A DNA stretch of 59,242 nucleotides, counting the filler, from Platydemus manokwari (lineage: Eukaryota): NCBI GenBank assembly GCA_037951405.1. It is 5 parts of 5 records of this genome, joined end to end, with 100 filler letters (N's around TTAATTAATTAA, not from the genome) between each part and the next. Parts side by side here need not be neighbours in the genome. Positions count along the whole stretch, not along the records: positions 1 to 9,774 come from JBBMOY011206321.1; positions 9,875 to 22,758 come from JBBMOY011926939.1; 3 more parts are not named here. One strand, 5' to 3'. A program made the position numbers and the translations under genes. Below are positions 1 to 12,900 of the stretch, piece by piece. Numbering within the stretch: the stretch's first letter is position 1; each line of letters starts with the position of its first letter. Below the pieces are notes generated by a model. It had not been told where the DNA came from and made no database searches. It was given only the letters and a program-made list of their open reading frames with translations.

Positions 1-38
1 CAGCGTTATAACAATTTGTGTTAATAAAATACCTGCAT

Positions 39-71
39 AAAAACATGAATAACTTTTGACTCAACCTGGTA
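39..71 (-). mobile_element. mariner-type terminal inverted repeat (element extends off the window's left end)
   Basis: Reverse complement is TA-CCAGGTTGAGTCAAAAGTTATTCATGTTTTT, near-identical to 33951-33984. It resembles Hsmar1-type TIRs (TTAGGTTGGTGCAAAAGTAATTG). Confidence 0.6.
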
Positions 72-622
72 TATAATTTGTAAAGTTATTCACAAAAATA
101 CCATTGATATCGCTTAATGACCAAGTTACCTAGGGAATTGTGAACAGTTTAATCTGATTTAATTAATGGGATTAGCGCATAACTATCGTCGATAATTCTG
201 TCTGACCAACAGTGAAACAAATTTATTCTATGAATTCATTGATCTGCAGTTATCTGATGATTTCTTGATTCCGATTTATTAAAGATGATATTGCGAGAAA
301 GCTCTTAATCCGAATAACGATTGTAAAACGACAGTGTTACACTTCGCGATTGAATAATCTATGTCATAAACAATAACCACAATTTCTGTGCCTCGACATA
401 AGTCAATTGGATTTTTATGCCTTTTCAAAATTCTTATTGTTTACTTGATAATATTGACGTGTAGCTTAATACATGACTAATGGAGGCATGAAAAATAAAT
501 AACCAATGGCAATCTTAGAATGGATACCATAGAAACGAGTTGTCATAGTGAAATAATAATAGATAATAATTAACCAAACTATAAAAAAGTAAAAGAAAAT
601 AATTCTTTAAACAATTGCTCAT

Positions 623-2543
623 TCAAATCGGAACTTTTCTCAACTTACAAATGTAACCCGGACCGTAATTGTTCAAAACATTTGGCAAGACCATCTGACC
701 GAGAATATCGGTAGAGTAGAAACATGAAAACCAACCATCTGGTGAGTTGCGAACACCAGCACCATATTTTGGATTACTATTGAAGAATTCACTCTGACAA
801 TTCACTATTTTCACTCGACAATCTTGGTTTTTGGAGTTGAAATCGTTAACAATCGTAAGAACAACCTTTTCGTTCTGAGCTGGTGACAGTGTGCACGTCG
901 AATAAATGATTTCACCACCAATTTTGCATGATCGAATAGCCATTCTACACAAAACATATCTCCATAAAGCTCGGCCTGATTGGTCCGATTTAATGAATCA
1001 ATCATTGTTAGTAGATAACTACGGCATTTAAATTTTGAAATTCGTTAGAATTAGTCATTGAGAAGTTTTTTGTAAAATATTCATTAAAAACATGTTGTTT
1101 TAAACAAATTAAAAATATATCCAAGACAACTTAATTTTTTGCCAATATTATTCAGAAATATAAATATTAAAATATGTGAATAAAAAATATTTACATTATT
1201 TTATATTAAATTTTCACATAATTCACTAAATATGTAAAAATTAAAACACATTTAAATTTAAATAAATTTGTTTCTTTTGAATTTTCCTTTATTTTTCTTA
1301 AATATAGTTTTATCCTTTTAATTTATCTTCATTTTTTCTATATTTATTTAAAATTTCGCTTCATATTTTCAATGATTTTCATTGGTTAGAATTTTACACA
1401 ATTTGTTTATTCTTAATTTATATAAAATTACCTCAACAAATTGTGCTGTTTCTGAAATAATTCCATCTTTTTCTTAAAATTATCACTGGCGTATATGTTG
1501 AAATTTTTATCAAATGTCGCATGTCTATCTGTTGAACACGGAGCATCAAGAAGAACCTAATTGATTAACAGAAAGAAAAATCCTCATCAAGGCCACAACA
1601 CATACTTTATCAAAATAACTGTTCATGAATTTCGCTTGATTAATACTATCGGCGTTGATAATGGAAACTTTGTTTTCGATATCTTCCAATAGACAATGTG
1701 ATTTAATAACGTTTTTCAGCCTTTCTATTCTAGATGGACTCATATCGACACAAACCAATTCATCTAAGTTTTATATTAAAGTTCATGTATGACAAGTTCG
1801 ATAATAATGAACCAGGTAATCCAGTTTGTAACATTGTAATTGCTTTACCACCAGGAGCTGAACACATGTCGAGTACTTTATCACCCTTTTTTAAATTCAT
1901 CAGCAAAATTGTCATTATTGAGAAACCATCAATAGGATAAAACGCTTATAATAACCATTAATGTTTCATTGACGCATATTTACAAAATTTAAATACCAGA
2001 TTGATTTAATTCGTCATAAGTTAAGGGGTAAGGCTTCCTGATAACTCCTTTTGGATAAGCTAACACAGATAAATTTTTAGGAATTTTAATCTCTTCGTAC
2101 GGTAACATTTCTTCTGTGCAAATTTTTAATTTTTCTAAATATTCTTCTGTCATTTCATTGTTAAGTTTGTCAGACATATAATTGGTAAACGAATTCGAAA
2201 TAGATTTCGTATATATACTACTCTCTCCTATATATTCTTTAGATTTTACGAATTCATTTAATTGTGCTCCTTTTGGTATCGTATTATGTTTTAGATATAA
2301 ATAATCAGAAGATTCGTTTTGAACAATTTTTTGCTTGATAAGTAGATTGTCTAGAAAACTAATAGCTCCATCCTTCTTTAAATTAAATTTTACTGCATTT
2401 TTAGACGAGCAAGCATTATTTAATAAAAACATCTTTTTTGATTTACATAGTAAACCTAATCTAATTGATTTCCATAAAGAATTTGTATATACATACGGAT
2501 AAAATTTATCAAAGTGACTCAACGCTGTTTTACCTAGTCCTGC
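623..2543 (-). CDS. NSUN4: Mitochondrial rRNA m5C methyltransferase NSUN4-like (5' end not resolved)
   Basis: Phase-consistent GT-AG exons 2543-1997, 1944-1813, 1763-1606, 1556-1432 and 944-623. The spliced protein has ALSHFDKFY..LWKSIRLGLL..FLLNN (NSUN4 N-terminus), SAM motif VLDMCSAPGGK, motif IV VLLDAPCS, motif VI IYSTCTLSPAQNE and C-terminal GQMVLPNVLNNYGPGYICKLRK. The first exon lies upstream of 2545 (candidate ATG near 2816, unconfirmed). Confidence 0.92.
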
Positions 2544-2944
2544 CTAAAACATTAGTTCAAATTAAAAAAATGAAATAATTAATTTAAAATTAAACTATTT
2601 TAAAATAATACCAAAAACTATATTATTAAAACCATGATAAATCTGCTAATTAAAATATTTAGTTCGAAAATATTTTTAATAAAATCAAAAAATAATAATT
2701 TAAAATAAGCTTCGATGAACAGCAGGATTTTTTATAAAATTTTATAATGTTTTAAAATTACAACTTTTTATAAAATACACTTTATAATATATTGAAATAT
2801 TAGTTCTAGTGAACATTTCAAATCAAAAAGGTAAGATTGTCAGAAATAATAATTAAATATTTACAACTGAAATTGATAACAGTTATAATAATTGAATAGA
2901 AAATGAAGAACTTGACTAATTTTTAAAATATTAAACGTTTTCGG

Positions 2945-3590
2945 GTAAAAATCTATATATTGCCTAGCAAAATTTCCATTCGCAATCCAATCAAACCAAT
3001 ACTTGAAGCACTTATGATGTCGATTATGAAAATTTCACTTGTAAATAACGACCATCCACACCTTGGAACCCAAAACTTCAATACTTTCCATAAATACTTG
3101 TCAACAGTCACACAGATTCGGAAGTAGGCCAATCAGAAAGCACATGAAGCAATCATTTCAATTTAGCAAAATGCATCAGTACGCAATGTAATATTCACGA
3201 TTACTGATCAATACCTGTTGTTGAGTGAGATGAGATTCTGCAAAAATAAAAACGAAATTGCACTTTAGAACCCGTGTTTTGGCACTTTAAACATTTGCAT
3301 GCCTACACAGCCATACAGGCATATCAATCAGCAAATCATTGTGAAGTTAGATGATGAAATACAATTGGAAAAGGGCCATAGCTACACAACAACACATATA
3401 GGGATTGACCAATCCCACTCATGTAAAAACTTAAAAACCCTATAAGAATACAGAAAAACAAATATCAAATAAAAATTTGATGCAACATAACACAAAAAAA
3501 TACACATAGATTGCGAATATAAACATCTATGTAAAGATGGATAACAACCATTTGCAAGCCAAGTTTGGGTTAAAATTTTGAAATTCATGT
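2945..3590 (+). mobile_element. Gypsy/Ty3 pol relic family A, copy 1 (RNase H to integrase zinc finger)
   Basis: The frame reads HEAIISI..IFTITDQ.LL..EIAL*NP.F.TL..MPTQPYRH..LEKGHSYTTTHIGI..IHID. This resembles EALAI..FTITDH..RIARW..HGN followed by integrase H..H..CxxC..IHID. Nucleotide homologues are at 28020 and 34805. Confidence 0.55.
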
Positions 3591-4316
3591 ATTGATTAAT
3601 ACACCTTTGAATTAGAGTCAGATTTTATTTATTGCTTACACAATCATGGAAAACCGATCATCTTAAAAAAGAAGAAATCGAATAAATATTGAGCACTACC
3701 AATGCATAACCAATTTTTTTATTACAAATTCCCTTGAAAACACAAGAAAAACTGTCAGTTAAAGCCTAAGAGAATGAAATGTATTTGATTTTTACTACTC
3801 TTGAAGAATTTTCTCGAATAAAATATATCTCAAAAATTGTTCTAGAAAACAAGTTCTTTATAATAAATGATATTTTGGATTGGTTTTATTATTAAATGAG
3901 ATTCTGGCTTTCGTTTGGTGGTTTGTAATAACCGTTATTGAGTGCTATTTAATATAAGTTAACTGGTCCTAAAGGTTCAACAACTGGTATTGAAGACCAA
4001 GCTGTTGGAAAATAAATTTGATGTATTGATTTCGAATTGTACCACAGAGAATGCGTTGTCTCTCTGGGCCTAAAACAATATGAGGTTTAAAATTTATCGG
4101 TAGTTAGTTCAATATATGAATGTTTACGATAATACAATAAATCGGATATCCCTGATAACTTTGAAATTAGTCAGTAATTATTAATATGCTGTAATGATAA
4201 CACAACTTGGGGTTTCAAAATGTTTATTTAGGAAAAATGAATATAACAATTAGTAAAAAAACGAAAACAAAATTTGAGCAAAATATCTCGTACCTGGCCT
4301 CAGCGATTAACGAGCA

Positions 4317-5140
4317 ATCCGGTTGACGGACGGAGATTTTAGTGATACGGAGAGAAGAGATTAGTAATATATTGCATAGAATTAATAAATTCAATTATTA
4401 TTATGACATCAAAAGATACAGCTTCTTAATTAAATTATTAGAGTTAATGAGTGGTTAAAAATGAACTAAATCAAAAATTAACTCTTACTGTGTCTATGAC
4501 AATTATCCGATGAAAATCCGATTCGCGTAAAGTCTAAAAAAACTATTGATTCGTCAGATGTCTTCTTGTAATCGTTCCAAGCTGTGCACAAATACAGTTT
4601 CGGCTGTGATACGGTTATTGTAACTTCTGTAAAAGAACAATTAGACACGGCTACTAATGTGTGAAGTCAACTTGGATTCTCTAATTCTCCGAAGACCAAA
4701 ATAACTGCCTGTCGTAGTAGTTTGTTGTAGTGATTTAATATAGTCTTTCTTGTTGTGTTTTTTAGTGGTTGTGATCTTATGACCAACGCCGCTATTTATA
4801 CGCGTTGGCCACGTCCACCCTCTTACACGGCTCTTCATGCCGATCATCAATTTTTACCATTTTTTTCACACGCTTTGAATGAATAAATAATGATGTTATC
4901 TTATTATTGACTCTTATTATCTACTGTAATTAACTTTCTGATATTTATTATATTTATTATTATTTTTTCTATCTTTCTTGTTATTATTTATTATTGTTTT
5001 TGTAATACTTTTGTTATCAAGTTATTAATTATTTAACTCGATATTATTTATTGTTCATTTGCCTATATTATTTATTATTTATTTACTTACATTATTTATT
5101 ACTTATTTATCTCTCTCCGTATCTTTTATCTCCACCGGAT
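4317..5140. mobile_element. ~820-bp segment bounded by degenerate inverted repeats
   Basis: ATCCGGT..GGAGAT..GATACGGAGAGA (4317-4355) is mirrored by TCTCTCCGTATC..ATCTCC ACCGGAT (5112-5140). Confidence 0.45.
4783..4808 (-). promoter_or_regulatory. TATA-box-like TATAAATAG in the loop of a GC-rich hairpin
   Basis: Minus strand reads CCAACGC-GTATAAATAGCG-GCGTTGG, a 7-bp perfect stem. Confidence 0.35.
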
Positions 5141-5368
5141 TTTAACATAAAAATAATAATAACAATAAAACACAAATAATAAATTGAACAACTAATACAA
5201 CATATAAAGCACAAATGTTTATTAATCAGAGTGAACGCAATTAATCAAAGTAAAAGCAGTTATTGTTATTGATCACGATTGTTGCTTTCGGATATTGTTG
5301 GCATAATTGGCTGGCATTGTTGATTTGATTTATTATATGATTTATCAGCAGCAGGTCAGTCCATACTC

Positions 5369-5585
5369 GGGGTCAATGTATATTTGTGGGGTTTAACATA
5401 TGCACGGGTGTTTATTATATTTGGCTATATTCTATATACATGGGTTACTTTTCGGTGTATTATTTTTTGGATCACATTTGGGGTCAATGATATTTGTAGG
5501 GTTTTACACATGCACGAGTGTTTGTAGGGTGTTTGTAGAGGGTGTTTGTAGAGTGTGTATATGGTGTTTGTAGGGTGTGTATATA
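5369..5585 (+). repeat. 111-bp-period direct repeat followed by a GTGTTTGTAG minisatellite
   Basis: GGGGTCAATG.ATATTTGT.GGGTTT.ACA.ATGCACG.GTGTTT occurs at 5369 and 5480. GTGTTTGTAG occurs four times (5518-5572). Confidence 0.75.
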
Positions 5586-7099
5586 CAACAATTATTTTAC
5601 TATCGAGATTTTACTCAAAAACCCCTCTTAAAGGTAACTGGTTTTGCTCCAAGAGAGTAGAATCTATTAACCGTCAACTTATAGCAGAATTTGTTAGAAT
5701 AAACGTTTTGATGTCATTTTTATTTGATGTATAATTGTATTGTTAACTCAATTTTTATACTTTTATTTGGTGTCAATTTGTGATAGCAATAAAAGTTAGT
5801 ATATCCATTTCGTGTTTACTGATCAAAGATAGTGAAAGTTGAGTGTAATAATAATTGTTTGAGACTGATAAGGTTGATAAATAGTTTAATAGATCATAGT
5901 TGCCGTATATATTGTCATCATACAATATACGCAAAGCGAAGAAATAACAATAACAATAATATTTAATAAATTATACTTTGGGTTTGCAATAGAACCACGT
6001 GGGATTGATAAGTCATCTGTGATCTACCCAAATATTGAAATAAGTTTGAAAGAGATTCATTGATACCAATAATAAGAATCAAAACAAAAAACAACAAACC
6101 CAAAACCCATCAGTTCTCACAGGAGGTATCATTGTGGGTAATACTGGGATTGTACTTTCTGCTTGGAAAACTTCTTCATGAGTTATTCAATGATTAATAA
6201 ATATTCTGATTGTCTCAGAGACTTTTAATTCACTTCTTTTATCCGGATTGCCTTCGCATTGAAATCTGGCATTTGCGTGGTTGTCATATTTTTCAATTGA
6301 ATCCGTAGGTAGCTCTTCTTCTTGATTTATAAGTTCTTCGAAAGGGTATAGAACTTTCGTTATTGTTGATTGAAATCTTCAAACAACGTTTAAATTGTTT
6401 ATATACATATGTATATCTAATATATCTAATATATTCTCTGCTCTTTTATTGAGAAGGATTCTATCTTTTAACATTGTTTTTCGCTGTATTTAGTGCTATC
6501 ATTATAGCTTATAGGTCATATTCCTAAGGGACAGTAAATAAGTTTCCAATGATTTTATAACGTTAGGTCAGACAATGATTTTTGGGGTTTTTTGACAAAA
6601 AAGTACAATTTTTACAGATTAGGATGAAAATTTTGGGGTACAAATGCAAAAATTATTTATTATATCTTTCTTACCTTGAATATGACTAATATTTGTAATT
6701 ATACCAATTCTTGGAAAATGGTTGTAATAATAATACAATATTTATAAAATTTTTAAAATAATACTTATAAAATTTATTCAATATTTATAATACTTAATAG
6801 AATCTTCAATCTATATAAAAAATAAATATTTAATAATTAAAAGGATATAATTTAATTATACCTAAAAACCCGTTTACTAATTACCTTATAATAAATTTAC
6901 CCTTTAAATATATTATGTTATATATTATCGATCAATAACATCAATAAATAAGTAGTCTCCTATTATCATGCACAATAAATAAAATAATCATATAGAATAA
7001 ATTTAATTATAATATTAGTGAATTTTTTTCTGCTAAAATAAAATTAATTGTGGAGAATTTCTCGATGTCAACATAAATTGGATTGCATTAAATAATAAT

Positions 7100-7860
7100 T
7101 GTAGAGAATTTCTGCCAACGACTCATCGATGCCTAAGGTAGAAGTCACAATTATTGTATGCACAATTGCTGCATAAGGAATAAGACTATAGTTTATAAAA
7201 GAGAAGGCACCATGATTTTTGCAACAGTGATCCAGGATATACGAAGTATTCTACTGGAAGAACTAACAGTAAAATACTGTATTTACAAAATTTAAGTATA
7301 CCCACTTATATTCAGTCGAAATATTTTCTATTTATCAAGGAGATGCTCAGCACCTTGAAATTCGATTTTACAACAAAACTACGAAGGAGTTTACTAATCA
7401 TCACTTTCAAAGTATATTTGCCATTTGTATGACATTTTTAGTCAGAGTCAAAATTTTATAAACCAAAATCAATAGTTTTGTTATAATATAGTGCCTTGTC
7501 TTCACATTACCATCTTTTTGGTAGTAGGGATGTTATTTTATAGACAAAAGTTTAATCAGCATCAATAAATTCACATTGCCTTACGTTCATACAAGACCTT
7601 GATCTTTCGAGGCAAATATAAATTATCAAAAATAAGATTTAATACTACCTGGGGTTTTGAGAACTCTAAGACTGATTTAACTCGCAAAAGTGTTCAACAG
7701 AAAGTTGTAGATTAATAAAATATTAAATAAAAAACAAGTCAAATCCAAAAGTTTTTGTCCAGAAGAGAGATAACATATCACTTGAGTTCTTGCTCTTAAT
7801 AAGCATCAAGAATATGCTCTTTAGTTATCTGATCTGACGCCTAATTTCTTCAATAACGTA
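7100..7860 (+). mobile_element. Gypsy reverse-transcriptase relic
   Basis: ILLEELTVKYCI...CSAP...YICHLYDI resembles IPLDE.S..YC.I...SAP..FQ...YLDDI. A homologous patch (TATTC.ACTGGAAGA..AACAGTAAAATA.TGTATT) lies at 48435-48475. Confidence 0.45.
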
Positions 7861-9118
7861 TATGATCTTTCAGGTTATCACTTTGTTGACAACAATTGAT
7901 TTTAATGGTAATCAAGTATGACAGCTTTACAAATCCATTTTATATTTAACAGTGACGGTCGGTACGTGGCGGCCTATGCTGTCAAAATAGTCTATTTTCT
8001 GATATCTTTCCTTCTATATTTAGATTTTTAATTTTAAAAATTTAGTTTTGGTTATATTAATAATTTCAAATATAGGGTGAGTCATGATGTCATTAATTTA
8101 TAAAAAGTTATATAAATAATAATTATTTATTTATTTTCTGGTTTTACCATACAATATAAAAACAAAAATTTTGTTAAATTTGAAGAATTTAATATTCATC
8201 ACATTAAAAGAAAATTAGATACCAAGGGTTTGAAAATAATTAATTATTATCTTTGAATGAACTCTTTCATGTATATTTACCGGTACGAGTTAAAGAAGTA
8301 TGACTGGTACGAATGATACGAGTTTAAAAACGAATAAATATATCCTATTAATTATTTAATAATGTCACAGTACAAGTATTTTCTGAAAATCGACTTTGAA
8401 TAAACACTGATTAAGAAGTTTGCCTCTATTTCTTCTAAGGACAACTTTGTCAATTTTCAACAGAAGATAGTCCCACAACTCTTTCCTTTTTTTCTTTTCG
8501 GTTTCTTATATTTTTGATATAAAATATAAGTAATCCTAAGTTTTTTTTCTATCTAAACGATATTTATTATAATATTAAAATAAAATCAATAAATAATTGG
8601 AGAAAAATAGTCAATTGTAATATTATATATACTATTATATATATAATTTCGAAAGAGAAATGAGAATTATCTTTAATTATTCAGTTCGATTTAAGATATT
8701 CAGAACATGAAATTATCGAAATATAAATATAAACCAGTGTTAAGCATATTCGAACCAAAACGAATCAAAGGACTTAATCAATAACAAAATGTAATAAACA
8801 GTTTAAAAAGCGATAGTTTATATCGCTTTGACAACTGATAAGTTTTCCAATAGTTTAAAACAAAGTTTTAAATAAACGAAAATAAGGTTAATGATATCAA
8901 ATTCACTCAATAATAAATAATATTTGTAAATTTTTCTTGCAAATATATGGTATTTTGATTTATTAAAACATAAACAGTTAATAAAATATTAGTACTTTTA
9001 ATTTTATTTTAATTATTTTAAATGATAAAATGAACAAGACGATAAAAAAGCTAATTGGTGCGGAAAATTTTTCAATTTTTTTAATACAAAACATCAAACA
9101 AAATAGCTGAGATTATAA

Positions 9119-9585
9119 CTAGCGAAGATTTGCTTTCCTTATTTTATCACGTATTTTTTCCAAATTTACCGACACTTGATGAGACTCCAAGTTTTTACGT
9201 CCAAGCTAATATAATTTTTCATAAAATTTAAATTTTAAATCATATTTATATGTACTCGTTCAATCAGAATATTAAATTTTTCTCGAAGCAAGGCATTTTC
9301 TTCCAGTAAAATTTTACGATCATTTTCCAACTGTTTTATGTTATTACTTTCATGAAAATTACGGTTATAGTCTAAATAGGTAATAAATTAATTAAATCAA
9401 AAATTTAAATTACCTTCTGCTTCTGAGATCCATTCACCGTTTTTAAAAGCCAAATGTTTTCCTCCGAGGTTAGCCCTGAATTCCAATGATTTATTGGGAT
9501 TGATAATTTCATTGTCGATATTGGATATATTTGTATTACTGATGGCTTTCCTTACAGGGAATTTCAGTGAATTTGATTTTATCAT
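9119..9585 (-). CDS. CBY1: Chibby family protein (beta-catenin antagonist / ciliary basal-body protein), 124 aa
   Basis: Exons 9585-9414, 9371-9256 and 9205-9119, with 42- and 50-nt GT-AG introns. The protein has P.RKAIS, NLGGKHLAFKNGEWISE, a coiled coil LLEENALLREKFNILIE and ESH..NLEKIR, paralleling Chibby NLAGQSLKFENGQWIAE / LEEENNLLRLKVDILLD..ESH. Confidence 0.88.
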
Positions 9586-9774
9586 TTAAATGAAAATTAT
9601 ATTTTAAAGTTTATTTTAATTTTATTGCTAGTAACAAGAAAATTAATGGTATATTAAAACAAGTAGTTAATTAAATACATATTTTCAATTCTAGTTCAGT
9701 TTACATACTTCTTCTTTCAAAAGTTTTTACAATTTTCTTAAGTTATAATTTTAAATGTTGCTAAGGTTTTAAAT

Positions 9775-9874
9775 NNNNNNNNNNNNNNNNNNNNNNNNNN
9801 NNNNNNNNNNNNNNNNNNTTAATTAATTAANNNNNNNNNNNNNNNNNNNNNNNNNNNNNNNNNNNNNNNNNNNN
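9775..9874. other. Artificial contig linker (N44-TTAATTAATTAA-N44)
   Basis: Exactly 100 bp; the 12-mer places stops in all six frames. Confidence 0.97.
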
Positions 9875-9894
9875 ATAATAATAATAATAATAAC

Positions 9895-9926
<32 letters not shown>

Positions 9927-9948
9927 GAAGAATAATAATAATAATAAT
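9875..9948 (+). repeat. (AAT)n microsatellite at a contig start
   Basis: Direct reading. Confidence 0.95.
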
Positions 9949-12900
9949 CCCTATTCCACAGAATTTATTTCAATTATAATCGAATTAGACTAAAATAATG
10001 TTTTTGCTGCATCTCTACAAGTTACTTATTCTTTATCATATATCACTGGATATCAATAGTTCATTATTCTAATGAATAAAACCAAAACAATGTTCAAATG
10101 AACTGAACTGACCCCAAAGGAGTTGATGTCAATATAAGATAAATTATCTCAATGGCGATTATTTATTAGAAAAATATGTTTACATATCTTTCGGTAAGAA
10201 AATTTATGATTAAAAAGGGAAAAAAATATTTCCAACAGCTGCCTATTGAGTCGAATTTCATTTTTAAAAAATTCTATTAGTTAATTAATGGTTAAAACAT
10301 TTTATCAGCTATAAAAATAGTCAATGTGGAAAATTAAAATCTATCAGACTAATCGACGTTGGAAAGTTATCAGTAGATATTGTTTTTTTTCGCTCATATA
10401 TTGCTGTGAGCTGGTTTATCGGAATTCAAACATTGCAGCTGTTTAGGGGATTTATATGGCAAACAGTTATTTTGATAATTAATATTTTAATCAGCCAATA
10501 TGAATTTGTAGATTAATGAAAAAATCTTTAATAAGAAATTTTTTAATTTAAAATAATCCAAGATTGATTAGTATGGATTATGTTTTTATATTGTTGTCTA
10601 TTGGGAGTTCTGGTTGGAGAGATGTAGTAATAGATTTACTGTACTTAACAGATTTGTTTGACCTTATTTATCATCCATCAATTATCTTTTAACTAGTCTC
10701 AGACAATATAAAGAGTAAATTAAGAATTTATAATTTTATATTTTATTTCGAGGCTTCCTTAAAAATTAAAACGAGTTTATTTTATTAGAATGTTTTTATT
10801 TTTATATCGAGATTTAATTATGAGTAGTTAAATTTATCATTATTTTCATGTGATGTATGTTAAGAGTAATAATAAATTAATGCAGAAATAATAGTATAAT
10901 TATATAAAATATAATCACACAGTAAAGCATTTTAAATTCAGATTTGTAATTCGTCAAATTGAATTGATAGATAAAACGAAGGAAATACTTTTGTAAATTA
11001 TTTGTTTGTTCAAAAACTATGATTTTATTCATTTAATTTCATTATACTAAAATACTTTTTAAAATTCGAAGTTTAAACGTAATTAAATTTCGATTAAATA
11101 AATGTTGTTATAGTGAATATTTATTGTTTATTTTGATACTGAAACACTCAGGAAATCAATAAAACTAAAATTGACCACAAGATACAATTAGTGAAACTCA
11201 AGGACAAACATTTCAAGAATAAGAATAATCACTGAAACAATTAAAATGATCACATAAGAGTTATCGACCATAAACGGCTGGCAATTCTTCCAGAGAGTCG
11301 ACGCTTTTTATAGACTGTATTGTGTTTGCTTGATTACAATCTTAAAGTTTTGCTTTCCACTTATTAGAATCATTTATCTTATTTTACTTAATTAGTAGAT
11401 TTTCTTTGTCGATTGAATATCATAGCTTATTGGGGGATATTGATTCGAAAGTCTCTAATCACCTCTGGCACGGATGTCTACCATTCTGAAGGCTGTTTTA
11501 AAGGTTCTTATTTAGGTTTTTTATTCTTTTTGTTTCGCGATTTACATTTGTGGTGGCTCCTTGAAATTATAAATCGCAATTTATTTAAGATAATCTTAAA
11601 AGTATCTTTGAAACACAAATAATATTATTTAAAAAAACGTAAAATATAAAATCTACTTTATTTGAATGTATTTGTCTATTATTAGAAAACGAATTGATTA
11701 TACTTTTGAAATAACATATTGTGTTCAACAAATATATTGACAGCCGGTAATTAATTACTATTTCGTAAAAGCTAATTCATGATATACATGGAGAAATGTG
11801 AGGGAAATAATTTGATATCAATTTGACACAACTCTGTGAGTACACTCGGTTTAGAATATAATTGCTATTCATAAATTTATTTTTAATTACAATTTTTCAG
11901 CATTTGTTTTAATTAAAAAAAAACAATTCTTTTGTTGAATTCCATTGAAAAATAACGAAAAATATCCAGAACCAAAAATATAGTTTGAATGTGTATAAAT
12001 ATGTGTCGATTTCCTGACATATCAAATGGGAATATTTTTTCAAGATTCAATAACTCACAATACTCATTTGCATTTTAAGTGGCTCGAGGAAAAACTCTAC
12101 ACATAAAACTGTTTTCAAATTATGTTAATGGGGAAATCTAAAAATATAACTGCAAATATTTCGTGAAACTTGCTGAAATATTATGTTTCATATGTTTCTT
12201 TGAAAGCTGATGACTTTTAAATTGTTGTGTTAACAAGCTTTGGGATTTGACAGTTAGAAGTAATGAAAAGATTTGATGACAATCTTCGATATTTTCATTA
12301 AAAAGTGGATATAGGAAGTTATTATTATTATTAAACCATTTATGGTTTATAAAACCCGTGTAAATTATAAGTTTAAGACCTCTATATAATAATTATAAGA
12401 AATTTCAATAATATTTATTGATTGTGACTCTAGTATATTTATGTAAGATATTGATTGATAGTTTGTTGAGTGTTATTTTTATATCATGTAATTGTATCAC
12501 TTATCGGATTATAAGTGAATTTGCTGACATACCCAAATTACGCAATGCTTTGTAAATAATGCACACTAAGTTCATTTTATGAGTTTTTGAAATAGTGCCA
12601 ATAGAAAAATTGTCAAAAATCATTTTGTTGCAGAGAACTTGGCATAAATTTGATGAAAGGAGCTCAAGTGTCAAAAATTGACTTTAGAAAATATATTTTC
12701 CAGGGTGTATTTTTCAACTGAACAACCCCGCTACCGGTGATACAGTAAATAAATAAAGCTAATGATGGCTATTTAATTTATTAATTGAATACTTAACTCG
12801 TATATTAAACTGGTTGGTAAATTACATGAGAATGAATGAAAATAAATTCCATAAAACGTGCTAATAACTTGTTTTGATTTTGATGTCAACTCTACTTTTA

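Noticed and set aside
4285-4340. U1 snRNA-like start (TACCTGGC)
   Set aside because: Lacks ATACTTACCTG, the U1 loops and an Sm site.
9819-9830. Palindromic TTAATTAATTAA repeated four times in the window
   Set aside because: Synthetic six-frame-stop linker embedded in N runs, not biological.
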